NCBI GenBank assembly: GCA_036338695.1
Contig: JAYZBQ010000050.1
Span: 1-36,199, forward strand
DNA length: 36,199 nucleotides
Direction of reading: 5' to 3'
Origin: Myxococcota bacterium
GTDB taxonomy: Bacteria; Myxococcota; UBA4151
In this document: positions 9,337 to 17,714 of the stretch, piece after piece
How the letters are laid out: each line of letters opens with the position of its first letter
Position numbering within the stretch: the stretch's first letter is position 1
The notes under the pieces: generated by a model
Database searches by the model: none
Seen by the model: only the letters and a program-made list of their open reading frames with translations
Told to the model about the DNA's origin: nothing
Position numbers and translations under genes: made by a program

Positions 9337-11147
9337 TGCGCTGCCTCCAAACGCCACTCGTGGCTGTTCCACGAGATCGGCACCAGCGTCCCGGTCGGGC
9401 GCCAGCCCTTGAGTCGCTTGCTCGTCACCGAGGTGTTGACTCGAAAGTAAAGCGGGATGGCGGGCAGCTGGTCGGCGTAGATCTCTTGGACGCGCTTGAT
9501 GATCTGGACGCGCTTGGTGACGTCGATCTCTTTCTCACCATCGATGGTGAGGCGCGTGATCTCATCGTTACGGAGCCCCGCCATGTTCTGACCCTGCCAG
9601 TTGTTCTCTTTGCTCGGGATCATATCACCCCGCCACAACCCGTCCCCAGCCTGCACCGGCGAGAGCAGCCAGGCGTACATGGCGAGGTGCTTAAACTTTC
9701 GCTTGTGCGTGGTTTGACCAAAGAACACCGACGGGGGCTCGTTCTTCATCTCCACCTCGATCCCGACGCGCTGCCAATCCTGCTGCAACACCTGCTGCAC
9801 CAGCTCGCGGATCTTGTTCTCAGCGGTCGTGCCGAATTCCAGATGCAGCCGGTGACCGTCTTTGACGCGGATCCCGTCGCTCCCCTTCTTCCAACCTGCC
9901 TCATCCAAGAGCTTCTCAGCGGCAGCCGGGTCGTAGGCGTAGGTACGCTGTCCGTCGTGATAGGCGTAGTGCAGCGCAGGCAGATAGCTGTGCGCCACCT
10001 TGACCTTCCCCTCGAGCAAGGCGTCCGCCAGCTGCTGACGGTTCGCCGACATCACCAGCGCGCGCCGAACGCGCAGGTCCTCGAGCGGGTTGGGCTTGCC
10101 GCCGTGGAGCTCTGAGTCGGTGTCGAGTCGCAGGTCGATGTGCTCCCAGACCAGCCCCGAGCGGTAGTGGTAGTTCCAGCGATCTTTGTAGCGCTTCTCA
10201 AGCTTGACGACGTCGTCGAGCTTGAGCCCCGTCTCGGACGTTGCGTCCAGGCTGTTGGCTTCAAGCGCCGCCTTGAGCGAGTTCGTGTTTCGGATAAAGC
10301 GGTAGGTCAGCTTGTTGAGGTACGGCTTGCGCTCCTTGAAACCCCAATAGTGCTCGTTGGGCACCAAGATGATGTGGCTCCCGCGCCGATACTCCTTGAT
10401 CTTCCACGGCCCCCACCCGATCGGCTTGCGACCATACCAGTGCTCCTTGAGGCGACCGGGGTTAAAGGTGAATGGCTCGTACAGGATGTGCTTGGGCAGG
10501 ATCGCCAAGTTCCCCACGTGGTTGTAGGCGTAGAGCTCTTTCCAGAAGATGTCGAAACGGGTTTTTGAGACCGAGCCATCCTCCAGCTTGACGGGGCCGA
10601 TCCAGGCGATCTTTTCCTGCATCGTTCGGTCGATGACCGGCAGGTCTTTGGACATGACAAACTCGTAGCCGAACAAGACGTCATCAACGGTGACCGGGGT
10701 GCCGTCGCTCCATTTGGCGTCGGCGCGCAGCTCCCAGTGCGTCACCATCAAGGCTTTGACTGGCTTGCCCTTCATATCGCGCATGGGCTTACCGCAGCGC
10801 TTCCCTTCCGCCTCGGGTGGGAAGGCTGCGCACAGATCCTCCATGCCACCGTTCTTCAGGCTAGGGATGACGAACTCGGCGCCGGGCGCCGGCCGAAAAC
10901 CGGCGACGTTTGGGCGGACGATCCACTCATCATCGATGATGGTCATACCGGTGGTGGCGTTCACACCGACGTGGGTCTTAATCTCCGAACCTGCCATCAT
11001 CGAGCTGAGCACCGGCCAGAGGCTGTCGGGCTCTTGATCCATGCCGATGACCAAGGAATCCGTCGATTGGACGCTCGGGCTCAAGGTCGAGCCGCTGCAA
11101 GCCAAGGCGGACACGCCGCACAGTATCAATCCCAAGCGAAACAGCAT
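9333..11147 (-). CDS. Peptide ABC transporter substrate-binding lipoprotein (SBP family 5)
   Basis: Lipobox SALAC, QEPDSL, KWSDGTPVTVDDV, PIGWGPW, RVRRAL and YDPAAAEKLLDEAGW. Start reassigned to ATG 11147, with GGGAG upstream. Confidence 0.92.
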   Translation of the reverse strand: MLFRLGLILCGVSALACSGSTLSPSVQSTDSLVIGMDQEPDSLWPVLSSMMAGSEIKTHVGVNATTGMTIIDDEWIVRPNVAGFRPAPGAEFVIPSLKNGGMEDLCAAFPPEAEGKRCGKPMRDMKGKPVKALMVTHWELRADAKWSDGTPVTVDDVLFGYEFVMSKDLPVIDRTMQEKIAWIGPVKLEDGSVSKTRFDIFWKELYAYNHVGNLAILPKHILYEPFTFNPGRLKEHWYGRKPIGWGPWKIKEYRRGSHIILVPNEHYWGFKERKPYLNKLTYRFIRNTNSLKAALEANSLDATSETGLKLDDVVKLEKRYKDRWNYHYRSGLVWEHIDLRLDTDSELHGGKPNPLEDLRVRRALVMSANRQQLADALLEGKVKVAHSYLPALHYAYHDGQRTYAYDPAAAEKLLDEAGWKKGSDGIRVKDGHRLHLEFGTTAENKIRELVQQVLQQDWQRVGIEVEMKNEPPSVFFGQTTHKRKFKHLAMYAWLLSPVQAGDGLWRGDMIPSKENNWQGQNMAGLRNDEITRLTIDGEKEIDVTKRVQIIKRVQEIYADQLPAIPLYFRVNTSVTSKRLKGWRPTGTLVPISWNSHEWRLEAAQ

Positions 11148-11354
11148 AGCACTCCCGATTTCCAGCGGCTTACAGCCGCTAGCACCTCGGCTGCCTTCCG
11201 TGGAGTGTTTATCCATCTCGAGCCCTAATTTTTCGCCGACGGGGCCGCTTCGGCGCGCCGCCAGGCTCAGGCGGCTGGGTTGCACGCCTAGGGCGCCCAG
11301 GCTGCCTTGAGATCAAGCACCCCGTCGGGCTCAGCCGGACCGACGACGCGACGC

Positions 11355-11389
11355 GGGCAGCGGTCGAAATTCGAGCCGCTGCGCCTTTT
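11355..11389 (+). promoter_or_regulatory. GC-rich hairpin followed by TTTT in a divergent intergenic region
   Basis: GCAGCGGTCGA-AAT-TCGA(G)CCGCTGC followed by GCCTTTT, ending 27 nt before ATG 11417. Confidence 0.4.
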
Positions 11390-11416
11390 AGGCTATACCC
11401 CGCACCGGGAGGCGTT

Positions 11417-13591
11417 ATGCGTGCTCAGTACTTGGGGTTCACCCTGTTGCTCGCCAGCTGCGGTGAGCAGGTGGTCGTGAGGAACGTCGGGACGGTCTGT
11501 GGCAACGGGCTCGTCGAAGGCAGCGAGGCTTGTGATGACGGCAACACCGAGAACAACGACGCGTGCACGTCAGCCTGCGTCGAGGCAGCCTGCGGTGACG
11601 CCATCCGGCGCATCGACGCCGAGTTTGAAGAAGCCTGCGATGACGGCAACACGATCGATACGGACGCTTGCCGAAACGACTGCACGGTCGCTCGCTGCGG
11701 TGACGGCGTCACGCGTGCCGATGTCGAGCCCGATGACCCTGACTTTGAAGCCTGTGACGACGGCGATGAGGTCGACAGCAACGCGTGCACCAACGGCTGC
11801 CAACAGGCGTTCTGCGGTGACGGGATCCTGCGCACCGATCGGCTCCCGAGTGAGACGGGCTTTGAGGCTTGCGATGACGGCAACGAAGCGGACGATGACC
11901 TCTGCCTGAGCGACTGCACGGAGGCTCGCTGCGGCGACGGCATCGTTGGTCCAGGCGAGGGCTGCGATGATGGGAACCAAGACCCCACCGATGACTGCCA
12001 CGCCTGCCGACCGACGAGCTGCGGTGATGGGCTGCTGCAGCAAGGCGAGGCCTGCGACGACGGCAACCAAGATAACGGCGACGAATGCCTCGACACCTGC
12101 GCGCAGGCGACCTGCGGCGACGGGCACATTCAGCTCGGCGTCGAGGCCTGCGATGATGGCAACGCGCGCAACGAAGACGCTTGCACGAACCGATGCCAGA
12201 GCGCCCGCTGCGGCGACGGCATCACGCGCCAAGGGCTCGACGTGCTCGACCCTGCGTACGAAGCCTGTGACGACGCCAACGTAGACAACACCGACGCGTG
12301 CACGAACAGCTGCCAAGCGGCTCGCTGCGGCGACGGCTACCTGTACGCCGGCTTCGAAGACTGCGACGACGGAAACGACGTCGAGACCGACGACTGCCTG
12401 ACCACCTGCGAGGTGCCGCGCTGCGGCGATGGCTTCGTGCATGAAGGCGTTGAAGCCTGCGACGACGGAAACCTCGACCCGCTCGATGCGTGCACGCCGG
12501 CTTGCGCGCTGGCGCGCTGCGGCGATGGGCTGGTCCGACGCGACCTCGAGGAGGGCGCACAAGGTTTCGAAGCCTGCGATGATGGCAACTTAACCGACGG
12601 CGACGCCTGCACCAACGCGTGCCGCACGGCGCGCTGCGGCGACGGCATCCGCTTTCAAGGCTTTGAGGAATGCGATGATGGAAACCAAGATGACCTCGAC
12701 GCGTGCTCGAACGGCTGCCGCGCAGCGCGTTGCGGCGACGGCGTCGTCAACAACGGTGAAGCCTGCGATGACGGCAACAACAGCGGCGATGATGGCTGCC
12801 TCAACGACTGCACGCGTCCCCCGCTCGGGTCGACGGCGGCGCGCCCCGGGCTCGACTGCCGCGCCATCTTGGCGGATCAGCCCCAAGCGCCGAGCGGGCG
12901 CTACTGGATTGATCCAGACGGCGATGGAGGGGTCGCTGCCTTCAACGTCGACTGTGAGATGGGTCAGGACGGTGGCTGGGTGGTCCTCCGCCTGAGCGAC
13001 GCAGACGGTGTCGTCGTCGCCGAGTACTCGCGCACCAACCCGTGGAGAAAGTGTGGCGACAACGCCGGGTCCTACTTTAGCACCAGCGAAAATCGCGTAA
13101 TCGCTGACTCCAGCCCGAACCGTACGCACCGACACGAGGTGGCGCTCAACTATGACCAGCCCAGCACCGACGCACCCTACACGCCGGCTCAGATGCGCGC
13201 CCTGCGGTCTCGGCTGAGCGAGCTCCACCGAGACACCCGGATGGTGGCGCTGACCGCGGACGATGATGGCGGGAACTATCAAGCCGGAGGTGGATGGGGT
13301 CACGAGGTCTACATCGAGGACAGCCGAGGCGGCTGGGTCTTGCTCTCCCCCGGGACCAATGGCGAATGTGGCGGCACGTCAGGCTGGCCGGTGCGCAACT
13401 CGCGGTCGGCCGTGTATCTGTGGCACACCACCGACCAAGGCTCCCAGGTCGCCGGGCAGACGGGCATCAGCAACGAAGCGCTCCCGGCGCTCGAGGCCAA
13501 AGACCTCCTCCCCGGGCGTGTTCGTCTGGAGATCTACACGGGCGGCGGCGCTGCGTTCGGTTTCGCTCAGCGCAACTTCATGGTCCGATAA
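11417..13591 (+). CDS. Lipoprotein with 13 Myxococcus-type Cys-rich repeats (DUF4215-like) and a C-terminal fibrinogen-related-like domain
   Basis: GGGAGG RBS, lipobox LLASC, repeated CGDG...E(A)CDDGN...DxC...C units, then DCRAIL...[11 protein letters not shown]...VDCEM..DGGW. Confidence 0.88.
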   Translation: MRAQYLGFTLLLASCGEQVVVRNVGTVCGNGLVEGSEACDDGNTENNDACTSACVEAACGDAIRRIDAEFEEACDDGNTIDTDACRNDCTVARCGDGVTRADVEPDDPDFEACDDGDEVDSNACTNGCQQAFCGDGILRTDRLPSETGFEACDDGNEADDDLCLSDCTEARCGDGIVGPGEGCDDGNQDPTDDCHACRPTSCGDGLLQQGEACDDGNQDNGDECLDTCAQATCGDGHIQLGVEACDDGNARNEDACTNRCQSARCGDGITRQGLDVLDPAYEACDDANVDNTDACTNSCQAARCGDGYLYAGFEDCDDGNDVETDDCLTTCEVPRCGDGFVHEGVEACDDGNLDPLDACTPACALARCGDGLVRRDLEEGAQGFEACDDGNLTDGDACTNACRTARCGDGIRFQGFEECDDGNQDDLDACSNGCRAARCGDGVVNNGEACDDGNNSGDDGCLNDCTRPPLGSTAARPGLDCRAILADQPQAPSGRYWIDPDGDGGVAAFNVDCEMGQDGGWVVLRLSDADGVVVAEYSRTNPWRKCGDNAGSYFSTSENRVIADSSPNRTHRHEVALNYDQPSTDAPYTPAQMRALRSRLSELHRDTRMVALTADDDGGNYQAGGGWGHEVYIEDSRGGWVLLSPGTNGECGGTSGWPVRNSRSAVYLWHTTDQGSQVAGQTGISNEALPALEAKDLLPGRVRLEIYTGGGAAFGFAQRNFMVR
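11498..12811 (+). repeat. Intragenic tandem array of 13 four-cysteine repeats (about 30-39 aa each)
   Basis: Counted in the translation; degenerate at DNA level (recurring tgcggcgacggc and gcctgcgacgacggcaac). Confidence 0.9.
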
Positions 13592-13595
13592 GCGA

Positions 13596-15386
13596 CTACT
13601 CGAGCGCCACCTGGTTGGCGTAATAGCCACCCTGAGCCATCAGCTCTTGATGCGTTCCGCGATCGGTGATCCGCCCTTCGCGCACGACCAGGATCTGGTC
13701 AGCATGACGGACCGTGCTCAGGCGATGCGCCACCACGAGGACGGTCCGCCCTTGCATGAGCCGATCCAGCGCCGCTTGCACCAACCGCTCACTCTCCGAA
13801 TCCAGCGCCGAGGTCGCCTCATCGAGCAGCAAAATGGGGGCGTCGCGTAGCAGCGCTCGAGCGATCGCAATTCGCTGCCGCTGCCCCCCCGATAGGCGCA
13901 CCCCCCGGTCGCCGACGACCGTGTCGAGCCCTTGCGGGAACTCGGCGATAAAATCCCAAGCCTGGGCGGCGCGCGCCGCTTCCTCGACCGCCTCGTCGGT
14001 GACCGCTCCGCAGCCGTATGCGATGTTGTAGCGGATGCTCTCGTGGAACAACACGACGTCCTGACTCACGATCGCCATCTGCCTTCGCAGGCTGAACTGA
14101 TCGAGCGCCCGAAGGTCTGCGCCGTCAAACTCGATGGCGCCCGACGTGACGTCGTAGAACCGCGGGATCAGGTTCAAGACCGTGCTCTTACCTGACCCTG
14201 ATGGTCCCACCAAGGCGATCGTTTGGGCGCGCTCAAGCGTAAAGTCGACCCCCTGAAGGACCGGCACCTCGCTGTGTTCGCCGGGATAAGCAAAGTGTAC
14301 GTCACGAAACCGGATCTGATCGGTGAGGCCCGACACGACCGGCGCGTGCTCTTCGTTCTCGATCTCAGGCTGATGGTCCAAGATTTCAAACAGTCGCTCC
14401 GCAGCGCCGAGCCCAGTCGCCATCAGGCTCGACACCCTCCCGATCTCTTTCACTGGGCCGTAAATCAGGACCAAGGTCAGGAAGAACGAGACGAAAAACT
14501 CGGGCTCGAGATAGTTTGCGTGATCCGCCGGCAGCGCCATCCGATCCGTTGCATACCAAAGCACCAGCGCAAGCCCAATCACGCCGCAAAACTCGACAAA
14601 CGGTGAGTACGCTCCACGCGCCGCAATCGAGCGCAGCATGATCGACAAAAAGCGCTCATGCTCTCGGTCGACGACGACGCGCTCCTCCCCTTCGGTCGCG
14701 CTCGCCTTGATCAGCTGGATGGCGCCGATCGCCTGCGTGATCCGCGCCGTGACTTGACCCAGCGACTCCAAATATTCGCGAGCGATTCGCCGGATCACCT
14801 TGAGGAACCAGTAGATGGGCACAGCCGCTGCCGGGACAGCGACAAAGGCTGCCAACGCCAAAACCGGGTCGAGCAGGAAGCACTGCACCACCAGCGCAGA
14901 GACCACGAACGAGCTGCGCAGGAGCGACGCCATGGCGTCGACGACCGCTATTTCGATCTGCTGCACATCGGTCGTAAACCGGCTGACCAGCTCACCCTGC
15001 TGGCGCCCATCAAAGAAGCCCATATCTTGAGCGAGGGTTCGCTCAAACAGGGCGTTGCGTAGGTCGACGACGACATGTGCGCCGACCCAGCGAATCACAA
15101 AGAACTGCGTGCCGTAGGCGATCCCCTTAATGATGACCACACCGATCAAAATCCAGCCGATGTAGCTCAGGTCACCCTGTCCCGTCCCAAAGACCTCGGC
15201 TAAAAACGGGAAATGCTTGGTGACGGTTACAAAGCCCCGCTCACCGCCGGTCACGATGTGGCTAATCCCCGGGCCGATAAGGAATGCGTAGGCGGCGGTC
15301 GTCGCCGCCAGCACGACCATGGCGACGAGCCCAAGCGGGATCCAGCGCCAGTAGGGTCGGACCAAACCGAGCAACCGCTTGTACAC
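13596..15386 (-). CDS. msbA: MsbA-like lipid A-core flippase (fused TMD-NBD ABC exporter)
   Basis: YKRLL N-terminus, GELVSRFTTDV, Walker A GPSGSGKS, LSGGQRQR, LLLDEATSALD and AHRLST; located among lipid A genes. Confidence 0.85.
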   Translation of the reverse strand: MYKRLLGLVRPYWRWIPLGLVAMVVLAATTAAYAFLIGPGISHIVTGGERGFVTVTKHFPFLAEVFGTGQGDLSYIGWILIGVVIIKGIAYGTQFFVIRWVGAHVVVDLRNALFERTLAQDMGFFDGRQQGELVSRFTTDVQQIEIAVVDAMASLLRSSFVVSALVVQCFLLDPVLALAAFVAVPAAAVPIYWFLKVIRRIAREYLESLGQVTARITQAIGAIQLIKASATEGEERVVVDREHERFLSIMLRSIAARGAYSPFVEFCGVIGLALVLWYATDRMALPADHANYLEPEFFVSFFLTLVLIYGPVKEIGRVSSLMATGLGAAERLFEILDHQPEIENEEHAPVVSGLTDQIRFRDVHFAYPGEHSEVPVLQGVDFTLERAQTIALVGPSGSGKSTVLNLIPRFYDVTSGAIEFDGADLRALDQFSLRRQMAIVSQDVVLFHESIRYNIAYGCGAVTDEAVEEAARAAQAWDFIAEFPQGLDTVVGDRGVRLSGGQRQRIAIARALLRDAPILLLDEATSALDSESERLVQAALDRLMQGRTVLVVAHRLSTVRHADQILVVREGRITDRGTHQELMAQGGYYANQVALE

Positions 15387-15388
15387 GT

Positions 15389-16099
15389 CTAACTGCCTCG
15401 GCTGACTCGGCGAGGCAGCCCCGCCACCGACGCCATCGCTTCCAGCACGATCTTGCCGCTCATCTTCGAGGTGCCAGCGACTCGATCCGGGAAAATGATG
15501 GGGAACTCTTTGACCGAGAAGCCAGCGAGCAGCGCTCGGTACTTCATCTCAACCTGAAAGACGTACCCCTTGGCAGCGACGGAGTCGAGATCGAGGCGCT
15601 CGAGCACGTGGCGGCGCCAACCGACAAACCCAGCGGTTAGATCCCGGATCGTCACCCCCAAAACCAGCCGCGAGTACAGCGACCCACCCCGGCTGATGAT
15701 CCGTCGGTGGATGCCCCAATTTTCAACGCCCCCCCCTGCGATCCAGCGCGAGCCCACCGCCACATCATGGGTCTCAAGGGTGCGCAACATATCCACGAGA
15801 TAAGGCGGCTGGTGCGAGAAGTCGGCGTCCATCTCGATGATGCGCTCGTAGTCACGCGCCAGCGCCCACCGAAAACCCGCCACGTAAGCCGGCCCCAAGC
15901 CCTCTTTGGCTTGCCGTGTCAGCAGATGCACGCGCGGTTCACACGCTGCGATCTCTTGCACGATTTTCCCGGTGCCGTCCGGCGAGTTGTCATCGATGAT
16001 CAAGAGATCAAGCGGCGCAGCAGCCAGGACAGCGGGGATGATCTCGCGGATGTTCTCGCGTTCGTTGTATGTCGGCATGCAGACCAGCGCGCGCGTCAT
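15389..16099 (-). CDS. Polyprenol-monophosphate glycosyltransferase (Ppm1/Dpm1-like GT2)
   Basis: MPTYNERENI, IIDDNSPDGTG, GLGPAYVAGF, EMDADFSH, DLTAGF, GYVFQVEM and FPDRVAGTSKMS. Confidence 0.9.
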   Translation of the reverse strand: MTRALVCMPTYNERENIREIIPAVLAAAPLDLLIIDDNSPDGTGKIVQEIAACEPRVHLLTRQAKEGLGPAYVAGFRWALARDYERIIEMDADFSHQPPYLVDMLRTLETHDVAVGSRWIAGGGVENWGIHRRIISRGGSLYSRLVLGVTIRDLTAGFVGWRRHVLERLDLDSVAAKGYVFQVEMKYRALLAGFSVKEFPIIFPDRVAGTSKMSGKIVLEAMASVAGLPRRVSRGS

Positions 16100-16638
16100 C
16101 GACTCACCTCATCGCTGCCGTCCTGCAGCACCCCTCGATGCCTTCGCAGGGCCAGAAAGGCGAGGAGAAACCCAAGCGCTAAGCCCACGACGACGTCACC
16201 AAACCAGTGCGCGCCGATCGCCACCCGGCTCCACGCGACCGCAAGCCCCACCCCGACCACCGCCGCGCTCAACAAGGCGCTGGTCGCCGCCATAGCGAGT
16301 ACTCCAGCGACGTAGGCGCCGAATGCAGAATGACCTGACGGGAACGCATGCGCTCTGAGGTGTCCGCCGGGCAGCCCACGGAGCTCGCTGAGCACAGCCG
16401 CCGGCCGTGGGCGGTCGATGCTTCGCTTCATCCCTTGAACAAGCGCCAGCAACACCAGCCCACCGAGCAGGACCGGTCGCGTCAGCCGGCGCAACCCGGC
16501 GACGCCGCGCAGCGACACCAAACCGCCGACCAACAAGGGCAAGGCGACCAGAGGCTCGCCCAGATGCGTCACCCATTCAGCCCAGTCAGCGAATGGGCCC
16601 GCCAAGGCGCGCGTCAGTGAGACATCCCAGCCCATCAT
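16096..16638 (-). CDS. PAP2-family membrane phosphatase (LpxE/LpxF/PgpB-like)
   Basis: All three PAP2 motifs: KRSIDRPRP, FPSGHS and SRVAIGAHWFGDV. Start ATG 16638 forms an ATGA overlap with the lpxB stop. Confidence 0.9.
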   Translation of the reverse strand: MMGWDVSLTRALAGPFADWAEWVTHLGEPLVALPLLVGGLVSLRGVAGLRRLTRPVLLGGLVLLALVQGMKRSIDRPRPAAVLSELRGLPGGHLRAHAFPSGHSAFGAYVAGVLAMAATSALLSAAVVGVGLAVAWSRVAIGAHWFGDVVVGLALGFLLAFLALRRHRGVLQDGSDEVSR

Positions 16639-17714
16639 CCTTGCCAAGCTTTCGCCACCGCCGAGACGCCGACGCCTGCTCCAAGGAGGCGGCGAAGCGT
16701 TGCCGAGCCACCGAGCTGCTGCTGTCGTAAGGAGGGATCGCTGCGGAGCTGCGTCACCCGCGAAGCCAGCGCGTCGGGCGTCGCATCGCTTTGAAAGATC
16801 TCTTCCCAGACCGGCTCGACGTCGCCCGTGCGCACCAAGGTGAGGTTACTCGGCGCCGTCTGCTCCAGGTTGACCAACCAATTCCCGATCCGCCAGTGAA
16901 GCGGGCTGGTCTTGTACGTGATCACATGAGGCGTGCCGACCAGCGCCACCTCCAAGGCGGCGGTGCCGTTGCATACGACCGCTGCGCTGGCGCCCCCTGC
17001 GGCGGCGCTCATCGACTCGGTGTAGTCGACCGGTAACCCCGCAAAGGTCGCCTCCACCGCCGTGCGCTCTAAGGTGGGCGCCACCGGCACCCGAAACCTC
17101 AAGGTCGGGTCTCCGACCAAGAGCCGTTGCGCCGTGGCTGCGAGGAGCGGTCCGACATAAGCCAACTCGCCCGGTCGTGAACCCGGCACCAGCGCCACCG
17201 GGCCACCCGCGTCGGTCTCAAGCGCCGGGGTCTGTTCGGCGATCGGGTTGCCGCAATAGGCTGCTGCGACGCCGCGCTCTGACCACCAGTCCGCCTCAAA
17301 GGGCAGGATCGTGTAGAGCTCGTCGTAGGCAGCTCTCGCCTTCGCGAAGCGCCACCCCCCCCAAGCCCAGAGCTTGGGTGGAATGAACCCAACGACGTGG
17401 ACCCCGCGCCGCCGAAGCGCGCGCCCAAGCGGCAGATGAAAACCCGAGTAGTCCACCAACAGCGCGCGCTGAACGCCGCGACGCTCGGCTGCGTCGAGCA
17501 GCGCGCGCTGGCTGCGCCGAAGCTCACGCCACATCGCAACGGGCTGCGCCAGACCAAAGTGCCCCTCCAGACCGACCACCTCATGGGCGCCGGCGTCGAG
17601 CAGCTCCGGACCGATCTTACCGAGGACCTCTGGCTGACCTTCGAGCGAGCGCACGACAGCGGCGGCTTGGCGATCGCCGCTCGCCTCACCGACGCTGACC
17701 AGCAGCGCGCTCAT
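16635..17714 (-). CDS. lpxB: Lipid-A-disaccharide synthase
   Basis: GEASGD, VDYSGFH, PPKLWAW, ILPFE, GNP, PGSR..E and GTAALE motifs; divergent but complete. Confidence 0.9.
   Translation of the reverse strand: MSALLVSVGEASGDRQAAAVVRSLEGQPEVLGKIGPELLDAGAHEVVGLEGHFGLAQPVAMWRELRRSQRALLDAAERRGVQRALLVDYSGFHLPLGRALRRRGVHVVGFIPPKLWAWGGWRFAKARAAYDELYTILPFEADWWSERGVAAAYCGNPIAEQTPALETDAGGPVALVPGSRPGELAYVGPLLAATAQRLLVGDPTLRFRVPVAPTLERTAVEATFAGLPVDYTESMSAAAGGASAAVVCNGTAALEVALVGTPHVITYKTSPLHWRIGNWLVNLEQTAPSNLTLVRTGDVEPVWEEIFQSDATPDALASRVTQLRSDPSLRQQQLGGSATLRRLLGAGVGVSAVAKAWQG

Noticed and set aside
11498..12811. Possible CRISPR-like array of recurring DNA motifs
   Set aside because: The repeats are degenerate, in frame and protein-coding; no cas genes.
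11425..13303. Repetitive minus-strand ORFs (PSSQAS/SPQ repeats)
   Set aside because: Antisense translations of the Cys-repeat codons.
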